Shown here: positions 50,947 to 64,000 of the stretch, one piece after another
How positions within the stretch are numbered: position 1 is the stretch's first letter
How the letters are laid out: every line of letters starts with the position of its first letter
Assembly (NCBI GenBank): GCA_003971905.1
Contig: RSEE01000040.1
Span: 248,001-312,000, forward strand
From: Moniliella sp. 'wahieum'
Lineage: Eukaryota
Direction: 5' to 3'
Length of the DNA stretch: 64,000 nucleotides
Notes under the pieces: model-generated
Told to the model about the DNA's origin: nothing
Seen by the model: only the letters and a program-made list of their open reading frames with translations
The model's database searches: none
Position numbers and translations under genes: made by a program

Positions 50947-51209
50947 TACTATGTGGATGTTATGGCTTGTACTAAGCTAACCACACCCGTGAACATAAAA
51001 CATCGTTGGAAGGTCAAAGTGAATGGGAGAAGAAAAATGTAGAAAAAAGGAAGAAGGGTAACATTGTGAAGAACGGGGTAGTGCAAGAAGAGTATGAAAG
51101 CAGGCGAAATGAGTTGTATGGAAAGGGGAAGGAAGAGAAAGTACGGAGCAAACGATCCAAGCAAGAAAGTTTTTGTCGTTTCGACCAGCGAAACAGACAG
51201 CGAAGGAAA

Positions 51210-53474
51210 TTAAATGAAGACAACGTCGCCCTTGGTCGCGTGCATGGCGTGACAGCCGCGAAGGCGGTCGAGGGACGAGAGTCCATGCCGGCAGGTGGTT
51301 ACGGGGCGTAGAAGTGTGAGAGGCGGATGAGAAGAAGTACCTCCCAATCCTTGGAGGGCGAGCGAGGTGAGTTCCAATAGACTCTCCTGCTGCGGTGCCA
51401 AGGGAGGCAAGTCTTTTGCTTCCCTCGATAGTGGGGGCAGCGTCAGTTCTTGGCCAAGTTGAAACACATCTTCCCCCTCCGTCCCGGGGAGGGGAAAGAT
51501 ACCGTGAGCCTGGACGGGTGAACAGTAGCCGAGGTAAACGTCCAGTGGGGGTAAAAGTCCTTCTCTCTGGGGACGGAGCGGGCGCTTGTGGCACCAGAAG
51601 AGAGCGGCGTCTTCTGGGTTGCCTTGGATTCAAAGCAGAAAGAGGATGTGCTTCCATCCCTGGTGGGGAACGGTCGAAATGGAGAGATGAAGGTCTGACT
51701 CCGATCCCGACGAGGCGGTTGAGGTGGTGGAACTGCTGCTGCGGGACCTTGGGGTGGATCCGAGGAGAGGCGGATGGGAGTTCGCACGTTCCTCTCGCTC
51801 CTTGGTGAGGGTGCGCGCAAGGGAGAGGATTTGCTGGCGCATGGCGCCCAGGAGCTGGACAGTGGCCTCGGGAGAAGGACCGACAAAAACAGGAATGGGC
51901 TCCGGAAGCGTGGAAGAGAGGAGGAGCGCTCGCACCGTCGCGGGAGAGACACCAAGGCCGGACTCAACTCGGCCGGGGTGAGTTCAGGTGGGACACTGCC
52001 AGCCGGAAGGAGGCTGGTCATTTTCAGTGCCTTGGCAGCGAGACCCGCACGGAGACGAGCTTGGTCATCAGCCCGGTTCGTTTCAGCAGCGAGCTTGCCC
52101 TCCAGATCAGCACAACGTTGCCTCCAACCAGTAATATCATCCAGATACGTATCCCGCTCGTTCTGGGTAAGCGTGAGGAGCTCTTCCAACTGTTCGGACT
52201 TGGTACTGCTTGACTCTTGGAGTGCCAGGGCCTGCTTCAACGACCCTTCGAGTGACTGAATGCGCGCGGCCATCTGCTCCCGTTCCTGTTTCCAGGTTTG
52301 GGCTTGAGTAGCATGCTCCCTTTCGTTTTGCTCAAGGTGGGCTTGTAAGTGAGCATGGTCCCGGGTTAAGGCGAGAGGAGTGACGCGAGAGCGCGGACGA
52401 GAGAAAGACATAAGTGGAGCTGACCGAGACGGACCCCGCTCTTGCTTCTCTTGGTTATCGTCCTCGTCATCTTCTTCTTCTTCAACCAGGGTGTGAAGTC
52501 CCTGTGCAGACGGAGGCAATGGGGCTGGATCAGCAGCAACAGCAGCGGCTGGTACGGCAGCGGTGTGCGGTTGGTTGTCTTGTGCGGGCTCGACCAGCGC
52601 GTTGCGTAGGGAGCGGCCTTCGAGTTTGTCCAAAGCGGATTGGCGATCGCCCTGGTCCAACTCGGCTTCACTGGCGGTGGTGAGGAAGGGCTGGGGCATA
52701 GGCAGCAAACAAAACCGACGCGCTAGCCACAGAGGAGCCTCGGGAGAGACGGAGGGACTTGCGCTGATCGGCAGAGGAGTAGCTACCGGGGATGCTGGCC
52801 AGGTCCTGCTGGCCAGCGAGACTAGCGTGGCGTTCATGGCGGCTCGCGCGCTTGGTGGGGGTGGCGGAGGAGGGAGGGGCGAAGAGCAAGGCCACATCGT
52901 GGACCGACGCACGCGTCGAGGCAGAGCGCGAGTGGCGGAACGACCGGCGTGTGGCCATCACAGCAGCTAATGCGAGTCGGACGCACCAGGCGTGACCGAG
53001 GGGGAGGGGGAAAGGGGGGAGGGTGGTAGTGGTGGAGGTGGTGCGAAGCAAAGACCACATGCGCGCCACCCAATCGCCCGCCAAGCCACATGCCGCACCC
53101 AGGCTCGGCGCCAGTGTTCGCCCCGGGGCTCCACGCAGGCACTGAAATGTTGCAAATTGTGCTGGAGCGCCTCGATTCTTCTTTTCCGCCGCCAGCGACG
53201 GCACTGCCCGGACGCATTCCCATCGGCTGGCTCCTTGCGCTCGTGCTGGATCAGACGCTGCTCGCGACCACTGCCGCTGCCCTGCCTGTCGCCCACTGGA
53301 TCATTCTCCACAGCATCTGCCGTGGGTGGGTATTCGGCTGAAGGGTGAGGCCATCGTCTTCTGCTGCATACCCACCATCAGACGGGGAGCGGTTGTACGG
53401 TCGGTGAATGCGAGTGGTCAACCCCGCCTGATCCCAGGTCACACCAAGCCGAGAGCCGGGGGGGGGTAGAACAT
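51210..53474 (-). CDS. Hypothetical coiled-coil protein; ends approximate
   Basis: Long coding-like minus-strand frames with heptads (LQAHLEQNEREHATQAQTWKQEREQMAARIQSLEGSLK...WRQRCADLEGKL); no recognised domain. Confidence 0.6.
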
Positions 53475-53808
53475 GGTGCCGGCACAGGTAGCGCTAGTAT
53501 GCAGTTAGATTGGCATGCTGCGATCGTATCTCCTCCATGGGCCGACCGCAGTGGCGAGAATGTTCATGCTCGATACCCCTGGTGCGTGCTCTTCGCCGTC
53601 TTCTTTCCCGCTGGTGCGCCCACGCCAAGCAGTCCCAATAGCTGCCGATCGAAGCAATTAATCTAATCGATACCAACCCAAGTCAGAGAGGTCACAAAAT
53701 ACCCTTATTTATTCGATGCAACTGAATTTCCGCTCCTTTCCCCCGTCCCACCACCACTGCACGACTGCACCCATCCAACCAACCACCCAACCGAGTCGAG
53801 CCGAGCCG

Positions 53809-54660
53809 ATGAGTGTACCCGGCGTGACCTATTTAAGCGACGGCGGGGTGTTCTCCGTCAACGAGTTGGGCAACAAGCGGGATGTAGGCTCGATCCCTGG
53901 CACGGAATGGAAGCTGAGCTCGCACAAGCCCGGGGCCGGGGTGGCGGCATTGCGCGATCCCGACCTAACCCAACTCTGGCAATCGGATGGGGTGCAACCG
54001 CACGTGGTGGATATCCTCTTTCCATGCCGAACCGCTGTGACTGTACGTCTTTTGTTGTCTTCTTTGGCATGCTTTCCCCTTGCCCCCCTACTTCTCCTGC
54101 TTTCCCCACTTCCCTAGTTTTCCCAAACTGACGGGCTGTAGCACGTATCAGTGTACCTAGACGCGACACTTGACGATTCCTACACCCCCACGAGGATCGG
54201 CGTCAAGGCTGGCACCTACTTCCACGATCTAGCGGAAGTATGTCGACGTGATCTCGGTCCAAGCAAAGGGTGGGTACATTTCCCCCTTTCCGGTGGATCC
54301 GAAGCTGGGGCCGAAGCTGCAGGGACCGAGGCAGGGACTGAGGCAGGTGCCGAAGCAGGGACGGGAGCGGGGGATACAGGAGGTCTTCTTGCGCCCCCCG
54401 TCCCATCTGGGTGTACCAACTCCAAGTCTGCATCTATGCCAATCATTTGAATGGGAAGGACACACCTTCGCGCGCTTCGCGTGTTTGGCCCGCCGCTTCC
54501 GTCCGAAGGGCGTAGGGAGGCGGAGCGACTGGTTGCCTCCTCCTCCTCTTCGGTTAGGGCGGGCTATGCCGATGCTTACAAGGGGTTGGATGCTGCGCGC
54601 TGCACCAGCACGGTACTCGGCCAACGTGGCCGTCGAGCGGAGAGGAACTGCCACCCCTGA
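53809..54660 (+). CDS. APC10: Anaphase-promoting complex subunit Apc10/Doc1 (one intron)
   Basis: WKLSSHKPGAGVAALRD...WQSDGVQPH, YLDATLDDSYTP, LQVCIYANHLNGKDTHLR. Confidence 0.92.
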
Positions 54661-54880
54661 GTCTGCGTACTCGTGCGCGGTAACCAACTTACGATGAGAC
54701 AAACAAACGAAAACAATGTTATGACCCATGACCCAACCAACCACCAACCGACCAATCGTCGAGATTGTGCATACCATTTTTGTGTAGAGAAACATGCGCG
54801 AGATGCGCGACGCGAGGGGAAGACAAAATAGGCAGAGAGGAGGCAGAGGCAGAAACTGAGAAGAGCAGATATGCACGTAG

Positions 54881-56610
54881 CTACAACACATCCCCCCAAT
54901 CCATCCCCCATCGCCCCATCCCTTTTCATCATCTTCCACCTCGCTCGCCCACTCGTCCGAGTCGACCTCGGCCTCGGGGGTATCCTCGGCGTCCGCCATA
55001 CCCACCCGACCTGAGCGGGAAAAGACGGAACTAGAGACTGCCGGGGCGTCGGGTGTAACAAAAACCAACTCCGTTTCGCCCGCCCCTAGAGCTTGAGCTT
55101 GGGCCTGGGCCTGGGCGTGAGTTTGGGTCGCGGCTGCCTCTGCTTCGGCCGCTACTTCGGCCTCGGCCGCAGCCATGGCGACCAAGCGGGCACGGCGGTT
55201 GCCCTTCACTTTGGGAGGAGGTCTTGGGGGCAACGCAGCCGGGCGCAATTCCGCAGGCACGAGCAACTGCTCGACGCAGCGTTGGGTTTCACGACGAAGG
55301 TGGACGCGTGCGTGCCGCCGAGGTGAGGCGGTGGAACTCAATTCAAGGCGATGAAGTAGTTGCTGTACTTCATCTCCCACCACGGTCGTGGTGGTCGGTG
55401 CGGTGGTGGAATCTTGTTGCGGTGGGCGAGGCGAATCTGGTTCGGGGACCTCTTTGATTGTCGGGTCCCGTCCCGAGTGCGATCGGGACGAGCGAGGAGG
55501 AGGAGAAGGAGAAGGGCGCCATGCACCCAACGTCCATTCAAGCTCGTCGGGTTGAGGAAGGGAGTCCAACCGTTTCAGTCGACGGAATCGACCCATCTGG
55601 ACGGTCATGGTCATCCTGGAACTGCAGTGGCTCCTCCTCCTCTCTCTTCCTCCCCCCTCTCCGTTTCCATATCGAGGGGGTCGGGAACGATCATGTCATC
55701 GTTCTTTGTGTCCAAGGTGGCATCCACTGGGTCCAAGGGGACGGCAGACGGGCCATGATGGACCTTGTCATAATGATCTTCTTCTGTTGATCCGTTTCGA
55801 TGGATTCGTCTTCCTCTTCGTTTTCCTTCGTCCTCTTCCTCTTCCTCATATTCAGAGTTAAACTGCCTTGCTCTTCGTCATGCCTACCACCACGTGGGGC
55901 AGGGGAGGGACGAGGCGGTGGGAGGAGGGTGAGGTGGGCGGCGGGGCCCCGGCACAAGCTGGCCTCCGCCGCGGGAAGGTAGCAGGCGCGGGGGGGTTGG
56001 GTGGCGGGGTGGGGGGCCGAGTTGTTGGTCTAGGTCAACGCGCGGACGCTTGTGGACAGGCGTGCGTGGGACGGGCTCGCCACGCAGACGTTTACGCGCC
56101 TTGGTGCGCGGGGTGAAGGCGGTGTTTGCCCTGGCGTCAGGCGGGAGCGGGGGGGGGGATGGGGCTGGCCGGGAGGTGGAGGCGGAGGGAGAAGGGGTGG
56201 GGGCGCTGGGGGAGCGGCAGCGAGGACGCGTGTCGACTGGCGTGGCGTGCGTGGCGTGCGTGGTGGCTGGGGAGGGGGCTGGGCATGAGATTGAGATTGG
56301 GATTGGGATTGAGACTGGGATTGAGACTGGGACTGGGATTGGGATTGGATTTGGATTGAGATGGGGATTTGGAGGGGCGGGGGCGGCTACTGGTGGGCTG
56401 GAGGGCCAGCCAGGTGGCGTAGACGGAGCGCATGTGGGCATGCTGCTCAATGTCGGCCCGGGCGGGGTCGCGGCCATGCTGGGTGGCCGGGGCAGGATCA
56501 GCGTCAGTGTCAGTGTGCGTGCGCGTGGCGGCGGAGGCGAAGGGGGCACATACCTCGGCGCGGAAGGCGCGGCGCCACTGCTTGAGCTCGGCGCGCAGCA
56601 TGGCCTCCAT
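54881..56610 (-). CDS. SLD2: DNA replication regulator Sld2/Drc1 (intron near 5' end); 3' end approximate
   Basis: Spliced N-terminus MEAMLRAELKQWRRAFRAE|HGRDPARADIEQHAHMRSVYATW matches the Sld2/RecQ4 N-terminal motif; multiple S/T-P-x-K/R CDK sites. Confidence 0.75.
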
Positions 56611-56768
56611 CGTGCCCCGGTGGGAAGGGAGGCGCGGCGCGGCGGCTGGCTGGCGGTGGGGTGCGCGGCGCGGCATGTGCTGTTACGTCATCTGCGCCTC
56701 GTCCCCGGTGGAGCGCTTCTTCTTCTTGTGCCGCCCACCCGCTAACCCCGGCGACCCCCAAGCGAGCG

Positions 56769-59261
56769 ATGCGGGTGCTGCGCTCGCCTGCGCTCGCCCG
56801 GCCGCCGCGCATTGCGGCAGGCCTCCGCGTTGGCCTCGGAGCTGGCCTCGGTCCTCCCCGTCGCCGCGGCCTCGGGTCGCAGGCGGCCCCCTCCCCTCCG
56901 CCGCCTTTGCGACGCCAACTCCGCCTCACCACCCCTCCGCCTCCACCCCGTCCCCATCGCCCCCATGCCTTCTCCCTCGCCCGCCTCTCCAACGGCGCCC
57001 TCGCCACCCGCTTCTGCCCCAGCCCCTCCCAGATTGCCTCCGTCCGCCGTCCCCCCGAAACTGTCGAGCAGCTCTACAATCTGGCCCAGCGAATGCCCGA
57101 TGGTGGCGTGTCCGCCGCCTCTCTTGTCCCGCCTGAAGAGCTGCTGCTCGAGCTGCAGCAGCGCGGCATCCCAGAACGCGAGTTTGTCGGCTGGTGTGTG
57201 GGGCTGACCAACACTACGTTTGACCAGCTGCATCGCACCTTGGTCACCGCCGGCGCTATTGTCTGGCCCTCTTTTCTGGTCAAGCGGGCCATTGAGCTGT
57301 CCCGCACGCCCAAGCACGTGTTGCTCCTGCAATCGTCGTTGGAGCTTACCCTGGCCGCCGAGAGCGATGGCTCCGGGGTGACCAGCACCCACCTCATCCG
57401 CCTTGCTGCTCACCGTTGGCTCGGCCACCACCAGTGGGCTGAATTCGCCCCTTGGCTCACCACCGTAGCTACGCGTCTCCCGTCGTGCTCTCCTTCAACG
57501 CGATCAGCAGTCCATTGCGCTACTGTCTGCGCCCCAGGAAGGCAGCTCACCAATGAAACAACGACGGGAACGGGGACGGGGGAGGAGCCCTTGCGCTTTT
57601 GGACCGCCCCATTATATATGGACGAGGCGGTGCGGGATGATCCAGCGGCACTTGCTCTGCCCGAGCATCCGGCGCCCCCAGCTGTGTCACACGTTTCTGA
57701 TCTGTCTCTCGCACGTCGCTCGACGGTATTTCCGAGCTGCCTATCCGAGATACGTTGGACCCGCACGAGCAGCCGGTTGTCCAGGCCCGCCACACTTTGC
57801 TCCAAGTCCGTGAGACGCTGTTGGGGTTGGAAGGACCGGAAGCTGAGCAGGCGCTTGGCCAACTCGAGGCGTTTACGGCGCAACATACTCAGCTCCGAAC
57901 CAGATCAACGATCGCTTCGCGTCACCTCGTACGGCTCTTGAGCCGCGCTCACCTGCCTGTATCTAACCTGCAACGCGCTTCCCACGGCGACCTAGATAGC
58001 GCAGCAAGGGACCACTTGGTGCAAGAGGTGTTGGATTCGGTGCAGGATTATCTCGCGTCGCCGTCCCGGGCGGATGAGGCGCTAACCCAAGCGTGGGCAG
58101 AAGGGCGATGGAACTGTGCCAAAGTCTCGGGTCACACGATGGTGCACTAAGTGTGTGGATCGTATGGGAAGAAGCCGAGGTACCCCCGACGCTGGAGCTC
58201 GTGACGTTGGCTGCTGAGTCCCTGATCCGGCTGGACCAGTGGGACGAGGCCCAGGCGCTGTTAGCGGACCATCTGCAAGTGGTAGACGCGCCCCCGCGCG
58301 GGATACGGGGCACGGCGCGCTTGCTCCAGCGGACCTTTGAGGCCTTGGTCCTGCACGACCCAGCCTCCGCGTTCCTCTGGTTTGACGAGGCAGTGGGGCG
58401 GTACGGCATTCGACCCGATACTTCATGTCTCGACGGCATGCTCCGAGCAGCCTGCAAACTATCCTATCCCTTTCCTGTCACTTCCCTGCCCCCAGCGAAA
58501 CACCACAGTGGTCCGAACCACTAGCACACTCGGTCGTTCCGTGGTTGACCCGGGCCGGATCGGCGTTCTTGTTGGCCAACCGGGTTGGCTGGCACGAACT
58601 ACCGCCCGTGGCAATGGCAGCCCAAATTTTCCGTACGGCATTGCTGGCACAGGCGCCGCAGCTACCCCAAGTCGTTCATCCTCTCGAGGACGAGCGTGCC
58701 GAGGCACGCGCACGCGCACGACCACGGGCGCCCGTGCCTGTCCCACCGCTGGTTTACAACAGCGATTGTTGATGCCCTCTTCCCCCCGAGGACAAAGGAA
58801 AGTCTGCCTCTCCGTCTCGGTCTTCTGCTGATCCCCAAGACCCACAAGGCACAGATGGCCCCGTACCATCGGAGGCGGTGGCGGCGTTCTGGGCGCGCTG
58901 GCAACGCATCGGGAAGGGCAAAAGCATCAGGGTGGATGCAAGGCTATGCGAAGCGTATGCGCTAGCTATCTACCAACTGGGGCTGAGCATGACGGTGCTG
59001 GAGGCGAGGCAACGGGGGGTTGGTGCGCTCCAAGGAACCGAGCCGGACGAGCTGCTCAGCTTCCTGGGCTGGATGCGACATCTTTCTCTCCGACCCACGC
59101 GATTAACTCTCGTGTTGGGGCTGTTGGAAGCGGAGCGGACCAAGGAACAGGTGGCCTTACGTGGCTGGATAGCTGCCTGGCTTGGAGCCGAGGCAGTACC
59201 TACGCAAGAGGAAGTCGACGCGGTGCGTCACGTTTGGGCTGAACAAGCGCAGCATGCATAA
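56769..59261 (+). CDS. Probable mitochondrial helical-repeat (PPR-like) protein
   Basis: Arg-rich presequence; PPR-like segments VPPTLELVTLAAESLIRLDQWDEAQALL and AFLWFDEAVGRYGIRPDTSCLDGMLRAAC. Confidence 0.55.
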
Positions 59262-59859
59262 TATAATTTTTCGATGACCGACGTTTGCGCGAACGGTACA
59301 CATGTTCAGATGAACGAGACTTGTAGCACAGTCTGGTTTAGGAGCCTAGCTTTCATTCCCACGGTGTATGGTAGGGGAGAGGCAAAAACCACATGAAAAG
59401 ACGGGCATTGCCAGGGCGGTGAAATGCCGGGCAAGATTCATCCCGTGGGGTCTCCCTTTAGTCCATTTATTGGGGACGACAAATTGTCGGGTTAATGAGC
59501 TAGTAGCACCCGCAGACCACAACATATCGCTGAGCGCCCGACAGAGGCGCTGGCCACCGAGAGCGGGAGGGTCCAGGTGGGGCGTCACATGTGACTGTCA
59601 CAGGTGCTCATCCGGCAGCTCGCGAATAATTATCCGGGCGCAGGCCTGTGGCTTGCAGTGGCACCGGCCGACAGAGTGAACGTTCAAATTCAAATGCACG
59701 CGCCCAACCAGATGGAACGTTCAATTTCAAGCTCAAGCCCTGCGTGTTGCTTGCCCCTCCCATGTTGGCTTGATTTCCGGCGACCACGTGCCAGCCAGCG
59801 CTCGCGTTTTTGTTGTTGCTGCCACCACCTGCGTGTCTTGTTGGGTCTGCGCTGCTGCC

Positions 59860-62660
59860 ATGTTGCCCGCCCCCGACACCCCATATCTGCTCCTACGCCC
59901 CCCGACACCGACACCGACACCGACCCCGCCGCCGCCGCTTCCCCTTCCACTCCTGATGCCATCCCCGAGGCCGTCCCTGACCCCCCTCTGCCCCCCGCCC
60001 GCCTTCCCCCTCGCCCGGCCAGCACACTCTGATGAGCGTCGGGTGGAGCTGCAGGTCCAAGAGATTTTCCGCCGTTTTGTCGACAAAAGCCAGCACATCG
60101 CCTCTGATCCCGACGCCAGCACCGATATCGACCCTGACACGAGTGACTTGCCTTCCGGTCACTTGCGCTGCGGCGACCTGCCCGCCATCTTTCGCGAGTT
60201 TGAAGACATGCGCGCTGAGCGCCAAGAGCAAGGTGGCGATGCCGATGTGGATGTGAAGCCGTTGATTCACCCCAACTTACTCCCCCAGATCGAGGCGTTC
60301 GCATCACAGAATGCCTCAGTCGGCATCGAACCTGAGAAACTAGTCGAGATGATCCTTGGCCTTCAACGAGCATTCGAGCAAGAAACCTCCGATTCCCGCC
60401 CTGCCTCGCCGGCTTCCTCGGCCTTGGCCTCGGACGAAGAGGATGACTCGATGCACAAGGCAGCACCTCCTGAACTTTCACTTCCCTCCCACGCCAATCC
60501 TACCGATTGGGAGGACCATTCTATGGACGAGGAAGGGCTGTACCAGCGTGCCTTGGCCTCCTCACCTCCGCCCGAGAACGAGCTAAGCGAGGAGGATATT
60601 GGATTGGACTACAGCGCATCCCAAAGCATGGCCCGACATCGCCCTTCCTCTCTCACTGCATCCACCCCGGCTCGAAGAACATCTGCCCTGGGCTCCTCCT
60701 CTCCCCATTCCCGAAGGCACCGGCTGAGTACGCTGAAACCCGTCGGTGGGGGCAAGAGAGGGCCTAACAGCCCCGGGGAGGAGGACGTGCTGCGAGCGCA
60801 TGGCAAGGCCAATCCCCCCCCGACTTCTTGGGCACGACCCAAATCAGCCCGGCATAGCCGCTCTTCCGATGTGGTCCCTCCTAGTCCTGATACGAGCGAG
60901 AACGATATGGTGTCCGCCATCCGTCGCACTTCCTACCACGCCGGCAGCGACATCCTCAATCGTTCCTTCAGCCCTGAGCTGGACCAGGGGGGAGCAATGT
61001 CCCTATCGGCGATGGGCTATGCAGATGCCAGTTTCGGAGGCAATATGTCTACTACGGCGGAGCTGCTGCGAGAAAACGATCGGCTGGCCCGGGCGCGGAC
61101 GTTGCTAGGCGCACGCTTGAGACGAAAGAAGACGAGCATGAGGATCAAGTTGCCGAGCTGCATGCCCAGCTTGAGGCGGCGGAAGACAATCTGGCGACGA
61201 AGAAACGAGAGGAGCGGGAGGCTTTGCTTAAGGCAGCGCATGTGGCCGACCAAATGGCTTTGCTTGAGGTCGAGCTCGCAGCTTTGACCCGCCGCAATGC
61301 CGACCTGGAAGAGATCCATGCCAAGGTCGGGTCGGGAACAAATGGAGGATCTGATGGGTACGTGGCTCCCTTGGTTGTTACTGAGTTGATACGTATTAAC
61401 TAGCATTTCTGCATGCGCAGTCGAGACGGAGCATCTACGTCGGCAACGGGATGAGCTACGTGATCAATTGTCCAGTCTCAGAGAAAGCGAGGAGCACGAG
61501 CGGGAACGAGCCGAGATGGTGCGTCTCTCCCCTTTCATGGTGCGATCGGTCTAGCGGCCCACTAACCTTTCCCTATTTAACGTTATACTTCAGGCACAAG
61601 CCGAATGTGCTCGGCTCAAGCATGCAATCGAGGAGAAAGAGCAGCGGGTGGAACAGCTGCTGGGTTTGCAGAGTGAAAATGAGAAGCTAGCCCAGGACAC
61701 ATTGGCCCTGCGGACGACGGTGAGCAAACTCAAGGACGAGCTTGCAGAGCGGGCTCGGGCCGCCACGACCGCCAATGGCCTTGGCCAAGGGAGAGGCGCA
61801 AATGGCCCAGCCACCCTGGATGGGACGCCGTCGCGTCGGCTTGCCGCCGAATTGGCCCGCGAGCTGGCCTTGGCCCATGGAGAGGAGGAATCCGGTCCCG
61901 ATTCTGATTCGGATGCGTCCCTTCCCGAGGGCGGGGAGTCCGGGGACAACTCTTTTGTCGAACTAATGCTCACGAAACGATACAAGCGCCGTTCAAAACG
62001 GAAGGGTGCGATTGAGTATGCCGAGCAAGCTACTCAAACCCACTTTGAGCCGAAACCGCCAGTGCAAGAGGTGCCGCCGCCAACGTATGATGAGGCAGCG
62101 CTGGAGAGGACGATCACTGAGCGTCTTCATCCTCACCATCTTCCTTCCGCTGCATTTCAGGCGGCTCATCCGGGTCTGGCCAAGTGGACCGAATATGCCG
62201 AGATGAGTCACCAGCTGGGGCTGCGGTGCACGCTCCTGGAGGAGCGAATGCAAGCTTTGGTCCCACTGCCTCCACTTGGATTGCATGCAAGCTCAAAGAT
62301 TTCTCTCGCCCAGCAGATCCAGGCGTGGGTGGCCCAGACACTCCGGGTTGTGGCCGACATAAGCCAAGGCCGTGCGCCAGAGCAGACGCGGCCCAAACCC
62401 ATCGGTTCGTGGTGCATGTGGGATGGGCTGTGCTCATTTCAGTGTTTCTGCTGGGCATGCTTGTCGCCCATCTTGGCTTCTCCTCGGGTACAGTTCAGAT
62501 TGGCCCTTTTTCTTCTTCGGCTCACGACTTTGCCGCCGCCCATGCGCTCTTTGCCCCGGCTGGTACGACCTACGTCACGTCTCACGAACTGCCCGGGCGC
62601 AGCTGGCTTGGTTCTGCCGCAAGCCTCCGCAGTTATCGCGGCACCACAGTCCCTTTTTGA
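59860..62660 (+). CDS. Tail-anchored coiled-coil protein, KASH/Kms1-like candidate
   Basis: N-terminal helical EF-hand-like region, long coiled coil, single TM near the end (VVHVGWAVLISVFLLGMLVAHL), ~60-aa tail ending TTVPF*. Confidence 0.55.
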
Positions 62661-63404
62661 TCCTGGGACCTTGGGTCCACGCAACCCCCACCTTTGTGTT
62701 GTGTTGCATTCCCTTTTGTTGGTTCTCTTTTTGTTTTGTTCCTACGCCTCCCTCGTCCAGCGCTGAGCGTCGAACGCTGGTGCGTTCTAAGAGGGGGTGG
62801 CTCTTTGCAGGGCCTACGCCACGTCGATACCCTTGTCCCCACGCCTCTCCTATGTCCAGCCCACGACGTCTCCTTCCAAGTCCACACCACTTGGGTCCAG
62901 GCTGGACCTCCTTCCTCTCTGTGTTGTCTGTCTACCCTATATGGTTATCAGTCCCAGTGGCGCTCGCTGCTCCCCTACGCCTTTCTGCGTGGAAGCTGTG
63001 CTTGGGCTGTATCTATCCGCTCTGTATACCTTTTTTCACCTTTTCGCCGTTAGGGTGTACATGTACATTCCCCACTCTTGAGATACAATAGGACAAGGAA
63101 CGAGATGACCGTTACCCCGTACCCACGCCCACGCCCACGCCCACCAAAAGAGCTGGCCACCATCACACCTCTCATTGCCGGAGAACGCCCCACTTCGCCA
63201 TGCAGCGTGCGCTAGTGCTACGAGCTACCGCGACAGGCAGGTGCGAGTCGCGTGATGATAGAAACCAATTCAAAGGCACAGGGAAGCGTTGCTATAATGG
63301 GGGCGATACCGGCAGGGAGGTGTGGATGAAAAACAGAAACATAAGCAAGCCCGCAAGGAGGCCAACAGAGATGAGGATGTTGAGGGGAAGAAAAAGATAC
63401 AAGG

Positions 63405-63983
63405 CTAGAGGATGGAGCAACCAATACTCTTCGGACGCTTACTGGTGACTGGTTTAGCGGACAGAGCGGCGCGGGTGGCCGTCTCAAACACCTCGCGCAC
63501 GCCCGTCCCCAACTTGGCCGAGCATTCAATGTAGGCGCGAGCCCCAATTGTGTGTGCCATGTTGCTGCCCTGTTGAAACGTGACTGGACGTTGGTTGGTG
63601 CGGCGCAGCTCCTCCACAATCCGCGGGTCGTCCCGCAGGTCCTTCTTGCACCCTACCAGCAGGATCGGCAAGTTGACGCAAAAGTGCAGCACCTCCGAGA
63701 TCCACTTTTCTTGCACATTATCCAGCGAGTCGGGACTGTCGACGGCAAAGCAGATGAGAATCACGTGCGAGTCGGGGTAGGAGAGCGGGCGGAGACGGTC
63801 GTAGTCTTCCTGCCCAGCCGTGTCCCAGAGCGCAAGCTCGACGTGCTTGCCATCGACCTGCACATCAGCCACTGCAGCCACAACAAGGCGAGACAGCGGG
63901 GGCAGAGGGGGAGGGGAGAACGTTAGCTCGCGCGGAAGGACACACTGCATTCAGCAACAAGAAGCGATCGACGTGCCATAGTT
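63405..63983 (-). CDS. RHO1: Rho1 GTPase, 3' part (continues beyond the window); exons 63977-63983 and 63405-63871
   Basis: [44 protein letters not shown]...ECSAK...CAAX CSIL*. Confidence 0.96.
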
Positions 63984-64000
63984 CTACAAAGACAGCCAGA

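Overview
Gene-dense, GC-rich, intron-poor fungal nuclear DNA. It is most likely a basidiomycete yeast; Ustilaginomycotina is an inference from protein motifs and intron sparsity. About 24 protein-coding genes are present: beta-tubulin, PRP46/PLRG1, mitochondrial S8, TFIIS, mitochondrial phosphate carrier, SSN6/CYC8, a YTH-domain protein, a BNI4-like PP1 adaptor, phosphoglucomutase, UBC4, a PASK-family kinase, IMA1, a zinc-finger-like protein, a WW protein, an AreA-like GATA factor, UBA2, APC10, SLD2, a PPR-like protein, a KASH-like coiled-coil membrane protein, RHO1 (partial) and a few hypotheticals. Nearly every gene carries single-base frameshifts, including essential conserved ones. These look like unpolished long-read errors, so gene ends are approximate. 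The standout locus is a Crypton-type tyrosine-recombinase + GCR1_C gene at ~35.7-39.8 kb whose catalytic His and Tyr positions read Asp and His. It is a candidate domesticated, catalytically dead transposon gene with an Ndc10/Gcr1-like architecture. Other notable items are a 7-nt RHO1 micro-exon with a GC-AG intron, heptamer-periodic promoter arrays and a lower-GC island at ~46.5-48.6 kb. No rRNA, tRNA or CRISPR array was seen.
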